Below, in pieces: positions 9,168-18,142 of a stretch of 64,000 nt of DNA. The notes beneath the pieces were generated by a model. It saw nothing but the letters and a program-made list of their open reading frames with translations, did not search any database and had not been told where the DNA came from. Source of the DNA: Minisyncoccota bacterium (GTDB lineage Bacteria > Patescibacteriota > Minisyncoccia > Phycocordibacterales > GWA1-40-21); assembly GCA_041659365.1 (NCBI GenBank), contig JBAZYH010000002.1, forward strand, positions 16,065 to 80,064, read 5' to 3'. Each line of letters begins with the position of its first letter. Positions within the stretch are counted from its first letter, which is position 1. Both the position numbers and the translations under genes were made by a program.

Positions 9168-9581
9168 ATGAAAATAATAAATGGTTTCAAGCAATTTATT
9201 CTTAGGGGTAATGTAGTTGACCTGGCAGTAGGTGTTGTAATAGGCGCGGCTTTTACTGGTTTTGTAAACGCTATCGTAAAAGATTTATTAACTCCTTTCA
9301 TTGGTGCGATTGCAAAAGTTCCAGATTTCTCTAGTTTGAAATTTACTATAAATGAAAGCCAGTTTCTTTATGGAGATTTTTTAAATGTTTTTATTTCTTT
9401 TGTGATTATTGCAGCAACTGTTTATTTTTGTGTCATATTACCAGTTAATACTTTAATAGCAAAAACAAAGAGAGAAGAAAAACAAGCCGAACCAACTACT
9501 AAAAAGTGTTCTGAGTGTTTAAGTGAGATTCCACTCGAGGCAAAGAGGTGTGCGTTCTGTGCAACGAGGATACAGGAATAA
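9168..9581 (+). CDS. mscL: large-conductance mechanosensitive channel with C-terminal CxxC..CxxC zinc ribbon
   Basis: FKQFILRGNVVDLAVGVVIGAAF; C-terminal KKCSECLSEIP..AKRCAFC. Confidence 0.95.
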   Translation: MKIINGFKQFILRGNVVDLAVGVVIGAAFTGFVNAIVKDLLTPFIGAIAKVPDFSSLKFTINESQFLYGDFLNVFISFVIIAATVYFCVILPVNTLIAKTKREEKQAEPTTKKCSECLSEIPLEAKRCAFCATRIQE

Positions 9582-9678
9582 TAAATAGTAAAAAGTTTAA
9601 AGTTGAAAGTTTGTAAAGTAATAAACAAAAGGGTGAATTTGCGAAGCAAATTCACCCTTTTGTTTATTTTTTTGTATT

Positions 9679-9710
9679 GTCATTACGAGCAAAGCGTAGT
9701 AATCCAGGTT
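9679..9710 (+). repeat. palindromic repeat family 1 (GTCATTGCGAG...GCAATCCAGGTT)
   Basis: GTCATTACGAGCAAAGCGTAGTAATCCAGGTT; similar copies elsewhere in the window. Confidence 0.8.
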
Positions 9711-9735
9711 AATTAATTTATGAGATATTTCTTTT

Positions 9736-9824
9736 CCCTAAAACATTTTTTACTAAAAAAGTTCGGGCTAGCCCGAGTGTACCCGTCGCCCTAGGGCGGA
9801 CAATCTATTTTGTACTAGATTGTC
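9736..9824 (-). repeat. palindromic repeat family 2, overlapping the 3' end of the TrmH gene
   Basis: Reverse complement is near-identical to 13636-13732. Confidence 0.85.
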
Positions 9825-10557
9825 TTTTCCAATTATCCATTATTACTGCAGTAGCGATGGCTACATTGAGCGATTCGGTTTCTCCAAAAGAGGGGATCGT
9901 AACTTTTTCTTTAATAATATCTTCTATTTCTTTACTTATACCTTTTGATTCATTTCCCATGACGAGTATTCCATTTTTAGGAAAATCTTTTTTGTGTACA
10001 TTTTCGCCGTTGAGGAATGCACCAAGTACAGGGAATTTTGTTCTTGATAAGAAATCTTTTAAGTCAGTATAGAAAATATTTACTCTAGTAAATGATCCCA
10101 TAGATGCAGAAATAACCTTTGGATTATAAAAGTCCGCAGTTTCTTTTGATGCGACAATTTTATTTACTCCATACCAGTCTGCAATACGGATTATTGTACC
10201 CAAGTTTCCTGGATCTTTTATTTCATCGAGTGCTATTACAATCTCATTATCTTTTGTATCAAATTCACTGTTTATCTTTTGTTTTGCGACCGCAAGCACT
10301 GAGTCATTTGTTTCGAAGGCACTAACCTTTTCTATTTCAAATTGACTTACTATTTCGTAGATTTTTGATTTATCTCTTATTTGTTCACCATATTTATCAA
10401 AGAATTCTGTGGTGGTAAGTAGTATTTCTATTTCAAAATCTGATTTTAATAGTTCTGATACACTTTTTGTTCCTTCAACTAGGAAAAGACCAAGTTCTGT
10501 GCGGTTTTTCTTTTCGTGTAGAGATTTTATGAGTTTTTGTTGGTTCTTTGTTAACAT
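9805..10557 (-). CDS. TrmH/SpoU family RNA methyltransferase
   Basis: FLVEG, DPGNLGTIIR, MGNESKGIS, ESLNVAIA motifs. Confidence 0.93.
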   Translation of the reverse strand: MLTKNQQKLIKSLHEKKNRTELGLFLVEGTKSVSELLKSDFEIEILLTTTEFFDKYGEQIRDKSKIYEIVSQFEIEKVSAFETNDSVLAVAKQKINSEFDTKDNEIVIALDEIKDPGNLGTIIRIADWYGVNKIVASKETADFYNPKVISASMGSFTRVNIFYTDLKDFLSRTKFPVLGAFLNGENVHKKDFPKNGILVMGNESKGISKEIEDIIKEKVTIPSFGETESLNVAIATAVIMDNWKRQSSTK

Positions 10558-10590
10558 GGGGAAATCATAACATATATTATTATTTTAATT

Positions 10591-10704
10591 AACCTGGATT
10601 GCTACGAGTGATTACACTCTCGCAATGACGGAGGAGGAGGTTTTGCTTTGCAAAATCTCCTCCTCCGTCATTGCGAGGAAAGAAGTGACGTGGCAATCCA
10701 GGTT
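10591..10704. repeat. family-1 repeat pair (- then +) around a central palindrome; ~114-nt hairpin
   Basis: AACCTGGATTGC...CTCGCAATGAC, then GGAGGAGGAG...CTCCTCCTCC, then GTCATTGCGAGG...GCAATCCAGGTT. Confidence 0.85.
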
Positions 10705-10745
10705 TAGTTACTGGATTTTTGTAGAAATTAATATAATATCAAGTT

Positions 10746-11189
10746 ATGAAAATACTTTTTATTACAGTCGGAAAACAAAATGATTCTAGTTTATCAGAAG
10801 CCGTAACTGACTATACAAAACGCATAAATAATTATTTTAAAACTGAATGGAAGATAATTCCGTCATCGGATATTAAAAAGGAGAGCGAGAATATTTTGAA
10901 GGGTATAGAATCTGATGATTATTTGATAGTTCTAGATGAAAGGGGAAAAGAACTTAGTACAATTGAGCTAGCTGATTTTATAGAAAAAAGAATGATAGCT
11001 AGTGATAAGAGAATTGTCTTTGTAATAGGTGGAGCTTATGGGGTAGATGAAGAAGTTTTACAGAGGGCAAATTTTAAATGGTCTTTATCTAAACTTGTAT
11101 TTCCTCATCAAATTGTAAGACTTATTCTTTCTGAGACTATTTATAGGGCTATAACGGTTATTAAAAACGAGCCGTATCATCATCAGTAG
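10746..11189 (+). CDS. rlmH: 23S rRNA (pseudouridine1915-N3)-methyltransferase
   Basis: LDERGK, FVIGGAYG, SLSKLVFPHQIVRLIL.E.IYRA...PYHH. Confidence 0.95.
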   Translation: MKILFITVGKQNDSSLSEAVTDYTKRINNYFKTEWKIIPSSDIKKESENILKGIESDDYLIVLDERGKELSTIELADFIEKRMIASDKRIVFVIGGAYGVDEEVLQRANFKWSLSKLVFPHQIVRLILSETIYRAITVIKNEPYHHQ

Positions 11190-11271
11190 TAAAAAGTAAA
11201 AAGTTCATAAGGTTTGTAAAGTATAAGAAAATGCTATAATTATATTGTTAATAGAATAATCAAATAAAAAA

Positions 11272-11655
11272 ATGAAAGGATTTGTAAAAAATATTGAAAA
11301 AGAAACTTTGGAAAATAATAATTTTAGAAAAGTTCTTTATACCTCAACTTATGGGCAAGTTGTTGTTATGTCACTTTTGCCAAATGAAGATATTGATATG
11401 GAAGTACATGAAGACACAGATCAATTTTTCCGAGTTGATAGTGGAGAAGGTAAAGTAATAATTGATGGTGAAGAGTCAATAATATCAGATGGATTTGCTG
11501 TGGTTGTACCAGCAGGATCACAACACAATGTAGTAAATACTTCATCTGATAAATCTCTTAAGCTTTATACTATTTATATGCCACCACATCATAAGGATGG
11601 AGTAGTTCATGCGACAAAGGCTGAAGCGGAGGCTGATACAGAAGATCATTTATAA
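11272..11655 (+). CDS. cupin domain protein
   Basis: NFRKVLYT, EVH..DQFFRV..GEG, VPAG.QHNV, LKLYTIY.PPHH. Confidence 0.9.
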   Translation: MKGFVKNIEKETLENNNFRKVLYTSTYGQVVVMSLLPNEDIDMEVHEDTDQFFRVDSGEGKVIIDGEESIISDGFAVVVPAGSQHNVVNTSSDKSLKLYTIYMPPHHKDGVVHATKAEAEADTEDHL

Positions 11656-11731
11656 AAAAACAAAAGAAAAGCGAAGCTCACCATGGTGAGCTTCGCTTTT
11701 CTTTTGTGTGTTTTTTGTGTAATCTTTCTTT

Positions 11732-12292
11732 ATGGATCAAAAATATATAGATATACTTAAAAATAATGGGGTAGGGGTTATTCCAACAGATACTATTTAT
11801 GGTATTGCATGTTCTGTTTTTAATAAAGACGCATTAGATAGAATTTTTGAAATAAAAGGAAGGGATGAGAATAAACCTCCAGTGGTAATAATAAGTGATA
11901 TTAAAGAATTAGATATTTTTGGAATTAAACTTATAGATAAAGTAAAAAAATTTATAGATAAATACTGGCCAGGGAAAGTTAGTATTATATTTCAGATTTC
12001 TGCAGAATATAGTTATTTAGATAAGGGGAGAGGATTGGCAATAAGACTTGTTAATGATCCTAAAATAAAAGTTTTTCTTGAGAAAACTGGGCCACTCGCT
12101 ACTTCAAGTGCAAATACTCAAGGTTTACTACCTGCAAAAAATATAGAAGAGGCTAAAAAATATTTTGGTGAAAAAGTAGATTTTTATTATGATATTGGTG
12201 AGTTAGTTTCTGAACCATCAACTTTAGTAAAAATAGATGGAGATAAGATTGAAGTGTTGAGGCAGGGAGTGGTGAAGACAGAAGAGTTTTAA
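11732..12292 (+). CDS. tsaC: L-threonylcarbamoyladenylate synthase (TsaC/Sua5)
   Basis: PTDTIYG, IKGR...KP, WPG, SSAN, PST motifs. Confidence 0.9.
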   Translation: MDQKYIDILKNNGVGVIPTDTIYGIACSVFNKDALDRIFEIKGRDENKPPVVIISDIKELDIFGIKLIDKVKKFIDKYWPGKVSIIFQISAEYSYLDKGRGLAIRLVNDPKIKVFLEKTGPLATSSANTQGLLPAKNIEEAKKYFGEKVDFYYDIGELVSEPSTLVKIDGDKIEVLRQGVVKTEEF

Positions 12293-12377
12293 GGTTATAG
12301 TTTCTAGGTTTAAGTAAACACACAAGACGAATTTTGCTTCGCAAAATTCGTCTTGTGTGTTTAAGTATTTATTGAGT

Positions 12378-12416
12378 GTCTTTGCGAGGAAGTACTCTGA
12401 CGTCGCAATCCAGGTT
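12378..12416 (+). repeat. family-1 palindromic repeat
   Basis: GTCTTTGCGAGGAAGTACTCTGACGTCGCAATCCAGGTT, near-identical to 15944-15982. Confidence 0.85.
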
Positions 12417-12420
12417 AATT

Positions 12421-12903
12421 TTATTTAATCAAAGTCTTTTCTAGAGTGATATTTATTTCCTCAGCTCCACGTTTTTTATAGAACTCTATTGCTTCTATAT
12501 TTTTGGCAGAAGCGACGAAACGAATTGTTTGTATTTTTTTATCATTGCACCAAGATTCAAATTGTTGAATTAATTTGCTACCGATACCTTGTTTTCTAGA
12601 ATTTTCATCAATATACATATTTTCTGCTTCCGCTATTGAAGTTATTGTTCTGTAATCTTCATTTGTGATGATTGAACCTATAAAATAGCCAGCAACTTTT
12701 TCGTCCTTTTTTGCGATAAGAACTAAAGAATTGTCAGATTCTATTCTTGATTTAAAATAATTCTCACCTTCTTTTGTAAAAGGGTAGTCTGTGTTTATTG
12801 TTTGATCATATTCTTTGTTTTCTTTCAGACAAAGTTCGTAATTAAAATTTTGAATTGATTTTAGATCAGCCAGATTTGCTTTTCTTATTGTAATATTTTC
12901 CAT
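12421..12903 (-). CDS. GNAT family acetyltransferase
   Basis: RKQGIGSKL acetyl-CoA motif and N..AIEFYKK.G. Confidence 0.9.
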   Translation of the reverse strand: MENITIRKANLADLKSIQNFNYELCLKENKEYDQTINTDYPFTKEGENYFKSRIESDNSLVLIAKKDEKVAGYFIGSIITNEDYRTITSIAEAENMYIDENSRKQGIGSKLIQQFESWCNDKKIQTIRFVASAKNIEAIEFYKKRGAEEINITLEKTLIK

Positions 12904-12947
12904 AAAGTAATTATATCAAGAATTAACAATATGTTATAATTTCTCTT

Positions 12948-13661
12948 ATGAATAATAAAACAATTATTTTTACAGATGGATCTTCAAGGGGAAATCCTGG
13001 TCCTGGCGGATGGGGAGCTATCGTGGCTACATCTGACGGAAAAGTAAAAGAACTTGGTGGTGGAGAAAAACATACAACAAATAATAGAATGGAGCTTATG
13101 GGGGCAATTTCTGCTCTTTCTATTTTAGATAATAATGACAGTATAATTTTAAATACCGACTCTTCTTATGTAATAAATGGAATTACAAAATGGGTTTATG
13201 GTTGGCAGAAAAATGGATGGAAAAACTCTATGAAAGAAGATGTTGTAAATAGAGATTTGTGGGAAAAACTTATAGAAGTTTCAAAAGATAAAGATATTAA
13301 GTGGAATTATGTTGGTGGACATGTTGGAATACCTGGTAACGAAAGATGTGATGAAATAGCTACAATGTTTGCCGATGGTAAAAGGATAGAATTATTTCAT
13401 GGTAAAAAAACTGATTATGAAGTTGATCTGTTAAACACGGCGGGTGATGGAGAGAAGAAAAAAACAAAAAAGAAAAGTGGTGCTACTGCATATTCATATT
13501 TAAGTTTAGTAGAAGGTAAATTACAAAAACATAAAACTTGGCCAGAATGTGAAAAGAGGGTTAAAGGAGTAAAAGGAAATGTTAAATTTAAAAAATCGGT
13601 AAGTGAGGAGGATGAGAAGGAAATAATGAGGGAGTGGCTAAATCAATCTACCTCAAAGTAG
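12948..13661 (+). CDS. rnhA: ribonuclease HI with C-terminal viroplasmin-like (hybrid-binding) domain
   Basis: FTDGSSRGNPGPGGWG, TTNNRMEL, DSSYV, GHVG..GNERCD; C-terminal TWPECEKRVKG..FKK. Confidence 0.93.
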   Translation: MNNKTIIFTDGSSRGNPGPGGWGAIVATSDGKVKELGGGEKHTTNNRMELMGAISALSILDNNDSIILNTDSSYVINGITKWVYGWQKNGWKNSMKEDVVNRDLWEKLIEVSKDKDIKWNYVGGHVGIPGNERCDEIATMFADGKRIELFHGKKTDYEVDLLNTAGDGEKKKTKKKSGATAYSYLSLVEGKLQKHKTWPECEKRVKGVKGNVKFKKSVSEEDEKEIMREWLNQSTSK

Positions 13662-13732
13662 ATTGATCGCCCTAGGGCGATGGGTACACCCGGGCTAGCC
13701 CGAACATTTTTAGTAAAAAATGTTTTAGGGGG
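13636..13732 (+). repeat. palindromic repeat family 2, overlapping the rnhA 3' end
   Basis: GGCTAAATCAAT...ATTGATCGCCC...GAACATTTTT...AAAATGTTTTAGGG, shared with 9736-9824, 40192-40260 and 40474-40542. Confidence 0.85.
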
Positions 13733-13815
13733 AATAAAATAATAGGTTATAGTTTTTAGGTGTTAGGTTTTAGAAAAACAGAAGCTCATCATGGTGAGTT
13801 TCTGTTTTGTTTTGT

Positions 13816-13987
13816 GTCATTGCGAGGTGAGTGTTGGGATGGGGACCCAACATGCAAGACTCATTGAGAGCTTTTGTAATCAAAAGGTCCAATGAGTGGA
13901 CAGTCTCTGTAAGAGAATCCGTCGCAATCCAGGTTAATTAATTAAAAAAACCTGGATTACTACGTCGGATTACCTTCTCGTAATGAC
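13816..13987. repeat. family-1 inverted pair; left copy carries an 87-bp nested insertion
   Basis: GTCATTGCGAGGT[13829-13915]AATCCGTCGCAATCCAGGTT ... AACCTGGATTAC...TCTCGTAATGAC; compare the uninterrupted copy at 33966-33998. Confidence 0.85.
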
Positions 13988-14026
13988 ACAACGCAAAAGA
14001 ATAAAATTTTTTTATGTTAAACTACT

Positions 14027-15544
14027 TTGGTGATAAAAGATTTTGAACTATTGATTTCTATTTTTGGATTTGTTTTGGCGATTTTTATTTCTTCTTTTTT
14101 AAAAATTGGTTTTTCTTTTTTCTTGTTTTTAATTTTAATTTCAATTGTATTTTTTATTTATCAAAAATTTATTTGTAATGATGAATTTGATAAAAAAAAT
14201 ATTTTAATAATATCACTTTTTATATTTTCTTTTGCACTAGGAATACTCAGATATGAAATAAAAGATTCTTATATATTAGATTCTAACTTAGAAAATAATT
14301 TAAATAAGAAACTTACAGTCGAAGGAATAATTTTTGATGAGCCTGTTGTGAAAGATGATGGGGCGACTTTAATAGTTGATTTTAAAAATATAATACTTGC
14401 GAGTTCAAGTGCAGCTGTCTCCGGAAGAGGAATTATAAAAACAGATACTTATCCAGAATTTAAATATGGTGACTTAGTAAAGGTTACAGGTAAACTTGAG
14501 AAGCCAGAAAATTATTCTTCTACAAGTTCAGAAAGATTCTTTGATTATGTTTCTTATCTTGGTAAAGATAATATTTTTTATAAAATAGATTTTGCAAAAG
14601 CAGAGTTTGTTTCTTCGGGCCATGGTAATTTTATAAAATCATTTTTATTTAAAATTAAAAATAGTTTTATTGGAAATATTAATCGTGTAATATCCGAACC
14701 ACAATCCTCACTTCTTTCTGGTATTTTGCTCGGATCAAGAAACTCGATAGATGAAAAAACTTCTGAAACATTTCGTATTGCGGGACTTTCACATTTGATT
14801 GCACTCTCCGGATATAATATAACTATAGTTTCAGAAGCTATTATGAAAATGTTTTCTTTTCTTCCGAGAAACTTTGGACTATCTGGTGGTGTACTTGGAG
14901 TGATACTTTTTGTCTTGATGTCCGGGTCTTCTTCTACAGCCGTTCGAGCAGGTATAATGTCGCTTGTTGTTATACTTGCAAATGTTACACGAAGAAAATA
15001 TCAGGTTACTAGAGCTTTAATATTTGCCGCACTTTTAATGATAATTATAAATCCAAAGATTCTTGTATTTGATATATCTTTTCAACTTTCCTTTTTGGCT
15101 ACTGTTGCCATTATTTATGTTTCACCGATTCTAAAAGAAAAATTTCACTTTGTTACAGAGAGGTTTAAATTGAGAGAAACTGTTTCATCTACTATATCTG
15201 CACAGATTTTAGTTCTTCCATTAATAATATATAAGATGGGTTTAGTTTCTATAGTTTCATTACCTGTAAACGTTTTAGTTTTAACTTTTATACCCACAAT
15301 AATGCTTCTTGGTTTTCTTACGGGGCTTTTTGGTTATGTATGGATTATTTTATCTATTCCGTTTGCTTGGGTAACTTGGTTTTTACTTAGTTATATTATA
15401 GAAGTTTCAGAATTTTTTGCTGGGCTACCTTTTTCACATACAGAAATTAATTTTTTCCCAGTGGTGTTTTTGGTCGTTTCATATGTGATTATTATTTTTT
15501 GGATTTTGTATGAACAAAATAAAATTAATAAAAAAGAAAAATAA
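14027..15544 (+). CDS. comEC: ComEC/Rec2 DNA uptake membrane protein
   Basis: GLSHLIALSGYNI, AVRAGIM, DISFQLSFLAT motifs; N-terminal OB-like region. Start codon uncertain. Confidence 0.92.
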   Translation: MVIKDFELLISIFGFVLAIFISSFLKIGFSFFLFLILISIVFFIYQKFICNDEFDKKNILIISLFIFSFALGILRYEIKDSYILDSNLENNLNKKLTVEGIIFDEPVVKDDGATLIVDFKNIILASSSAAVSGRGIIKTDTYPEFKYGDLVKVTGKLEKPENYSSTSSERFFDYVSYLGKDNIFYKIDFAKAEFVSSGHGNFIKSFLFKIKNSFIGNINRVISEPQSSLLSGILLGSRNSIDEKTSETFRIAGLSHLIALSGYNITIVSEAIMKMFSFLPRNFGLSGGVLGVILFVLMSGSSSTAVRAGIMSLVVILANVTRRKYQVTRALIFAALLMIIINPKILVFDISFQLSFLATVAIIYVSPILKEKFHFVTERFKLRETVSSTISAQILVLPLIIYKMGLVSIVSLPVNVLVLTFIPTIMLLGFLTGLFGYVWIILSIPFAWVTWFLLSYIIEVSEFFAGLPFSHTEINFFPVVFLVVSYVIIIFWILYEQNKINKKEK

Positions 15545-15559
15545 AATTAATTTATTTTT

Positions 15560-15925
15560 GTCATTGCGAGGTAATCCATCGCAATCCAGGTTATAATAAA
15601 ATTAATGGAAAAAATACCTTGTGTATATATACTTGCAAACAAAAGAAACGGAACTACTTATATTGGTGTAACTAGTAATTTAAAAAGAAGGATTTTTGAA
15701 CATAAAAATAATTTAGTGGATGGTTTTACAAAAAGATATAAAATTCACAATCTAGTTTATTATGAGACAGGAGATTCTATGGAAGGTGCGATAGAAAGAG
15801 AGAAACAAATTAAAAATTATTCAAGAGAAAAGAAAATATTATTGATTGAAGAGAATAATTCAGAGTGGAAAGATTTATCTTCTGAATTGTAGAACCTAGA
15901 TTACTACGCTATCGCTCGTAATGAC
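15560..15925 (+). mobile_element. putative element: GIY-YIG gene bracketed by inverted family-1 repeats
   Basis: Repeat (+) at 15560-15592, gene at 15605-15892, repeat (-) at 15893-15925; a further (+) copy at 15944-15982. Mobility is inferred. Confidence 0.55.
15605..15892 (+). CDS. GIY-YIG nuclease family protein (YhbQ/UPF0213-like)
   Basis: VYILAN...TYIGVTSNL.RR..EH, FTKRY...LVYYE, AIEREKQIK. Confidence 0.93.
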   Translation: MEKIPCVYILANKRNGTTYIGVTSNLKRRIFEHKNNLVDGFTKRYKIHNLVYYETGDSMEGAIEREKQIKNYSREKKILLIEENNSEWKDLSSEL

Positions 15926-16005
15926 AATACAAATTAATTGCACGTCATTGCGAGGAAGTACTCTGACGTCGCAATCCAGGTTATAATGAGATTAAATTTT
16001 CTAAT

Positions 16006-16866
16006 GTGATGAAACTAAATAAAAACATAAAATTATATTCCTTACTTTTTCTTATAATTATTAATATAATTATTTTTTATGCTGTATCTTTTGGTGACCA
16101 CAAAGGATTATTAAAAGTTACTTTTTTAGATGTTGGGCAAGGTGATTCTGTTTTTATAGAATCACCAGATGGAAATCAAATACTTATAGATAGTGGAGCA
16201 AACAAAAATATTTCAAATGTTTTATCTAGAGTAATGCCTTTTTATGATAGATCCATCGATGTACTAATTGCTACTCATCCAGATCAAGACCATATTGGTG
16301 GTTTTCCAGAGATTTTAAAAAGATATAAAGTTGGTAGATATTTTGATGATGGACTTGTAGGTGAGACAGCAACTTTCAAAGAAATCTCTTATAAACTTGT
16401 AGATGAAAAAATTAATGAGGAACGATTGATAAAAAATGAAATCCTAGATTTAGGAGATGGGGTATTTTTAAAAATATTTTATCCAAGTATAGAACTAGAA
16501 GGTAGTGATACAAATAAAAATTCTGTAGTAACGAAACTTATTTATGGTGATTCGAATATTTTACTTACTGGAGATATACCAACTGATGTAGAAAAATATT
16601 TAGCCATGACTGAGGGGAAAGAATTGAAAAGTGATATTTTGAAAGTTGCACACCATGGTTCTAGGAATTCTCTTTCAGAAGAATTCTTCTCCGCGGTTTC
16701 TCCTGAGTATTCAATAATTTCTGCTTCTAAAGATAATAGTTTTGGACATCCTCACAAAGAAATAATAGATGCTTTAAATAATATTGGTACAAATATTTTG
16801 AGGACTTATGAAATGGGGGATATAACTTTTGTTTCGGACGGGAATAAGTTTATATTAAAAAAATAA
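16006..16866 (+). CDS. ComEC-associated metallo-beta-lactamase-fold protein
   Basis: FLDVGQGD, THPDQDHIGG, LLTGD, LKVAHHGS, FGHPH. Confidence 0.92.
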   Translation: MMKLNKNIKLYSLLFLIIINIIIFYAVSFGDHKGLLKVTFLDVGQGDSVFIESPDGNQILIDSGANKNISNVLSRVMPFYDRSIDVLIATHPDQDHIGGFPEILKRYKVGRYFDDGLVGETATFKEISYKLVDEKINEERLIKNEILDLGDGVFLKIFYPSIELEGSDTNKNSVVTKLIYGDSNILLTGDIPTDVEKYLAMTEGKELKSDILKVAHHGSRNSLSEEFFSAVSPEYSIISASKDNSFGHPHKEIIDALNNIGTNILRTYEMGDITFVSDGNKFILKK

Positions 16867-16888
16867 CCCACTTTCGTGGATTATTTTT

Positions 16889-17098
16889 TTAATCATTCCT
16901 CTTAAAACTTTTTGTTCTTTTGGGGGGATTTTTTATATTTGCATTATGTTCATTTATAGCATCTTTTAGTTCTAATTTTGCCCTTAAAAAAGGGTCATTC
17001 TCTGTCTTTGCTTCCATTATTTTTTCAGCACGTTCTTCTTTTGTTACCGGCTTTACTTCAGAAGGTCCACTTTCTTGTCCTATAAATATTCTTTCCAT
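16889..17098 (-). CDS. hypothetical small charged protein
   Basis: 69-aa ORF flanked by a duplicated terminator (16856-16890 and 17156-17190). Confidence 0.55.
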   Translation of the reverse strand: MERIFIGQESGPSEVKPVTKEERAEKIMEAKTENDPFLRAKLELKDAINEHNANIKNPPKRTKSFKRND

Positions 17099-17209
17099 AT
17101 GTAAATTGTATTCTTACTAGTATGATTGTCAAACTAAAAAAATAACCCACTTTCGTGGATTATTTTTTTTGTATTTCTTTTTACTTTACAAACTTTATGA
17201 ACTTTTAAC

Positions 17210-17455
17210 TTATTTAATGAGTCCCGCTTTCTTCAAAGTTACAAATGCACCGTTCTTTTGTATTGTCTTAAGTGCTCTTGTAGAAATCTTTAGGATAAAA
17301 GTCTTTTTTAATTCAGGAACGTAGATTCTCTTTTTCTGTAAGTTTATATGTTTTCTAACTTTTCCAGTAGGGTTATATTGAGTAGCACGAGTAGCGTTAC
17401 TGTAGCCACCACCCATTATTGAACCTCTTTTTGTTATTGGACAGATTTTTGCCAT
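17210..17455 (-). CDS. rpmB: 50S ribosomal protein L28
   Basis: MAKICPIT...NLQKKRIYVPE....LKISTRALKTI.K.G. Confidence 0.92.
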   Translation of the reverse strand: MAKICPITKRGSIMGGGYSNATRATQYNPTGKVRKHINLQKKRIYVPELKKTFILKISTRALKTIQKNGAFVTLKKAGLIK

Positions 17456-17527
17456 TGGTTTATTTTTAAATTAAGTCTCAACATGCTATCATATAAAAGT
17501 TAGCTTTGCAAGATATATAATAAAAAA

Positions 17528-18142
17528 ATGGATTCAAACATAATTTTTCAAATAATCATTTTAATTTTCTCTGTCATAATACATGAAGTTTCTCATGGTG
17601 CTATGGCTTTGGCTTTTGGAGACAGGACCGCTCAATACGAGGGGAGGCTTACTTTAAATCCAATAAAACACATAGACATTTTCGGTTCTATTATATTGCC
17701 ATTTTTACTTTTTATTAGTCATGCTGGTTTTATGATCGGTTGGGCAAAACCAGTGCCTTACAACCCTTATAATCTTAGAAATCCTAAAATAGCTGAGCCT
17801 CTAGTCTCTTTTGCTGGGCCATTATCAAATATAATGGTGGCTGTAATATTCGGGTTAATAATTCGCTTTGTATTGGTATTAAACCCTAGTTTGGTTAGTT
17901 TAGTTACTGTTTTTAGCTATGTTGTCATAATAAACATTAGTTTGGCTATTTTTAACCTAGTCCCTATACCACCACTTGATGGTTCAAAGATACTTTTTTC
18001 AATGTTTCCAAATCGATTCGCCTTTTCTGAAGCTTGGGCAAAATATGGTATTTTTATAATAATTCTTTTACTTACGTTCATATCTAGTATTATTTCTCCT
18101 ATAATCTTTTGGTTGTTTAGGTTGATAACTGGGTTAAATTAA
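17528..18142 (+). CDS. site-2 protease family (M50) protein
   Basis: HEVSH, AGPLSN, FNLVPIPPLDG. Confidence 0.93.
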   Translation: MDSNIIFQIIILIFSVIIHEVSHGAMALAFGDRTAQYEGRLTLNPIKHIDIFGSIILPFLLFISHAGFMIGWAKPVPYNPYNLRNPKIAEPLVSFAGPLSNIMVAVIFGLIIRFVLVLNPSLVSLVTVFSYVVIINISLAIFNLVPIPPLDGSKILFSMFPNRFAFSEAWAKYGIFIIILLLTFISSIISPIIFWLFRLITGLN

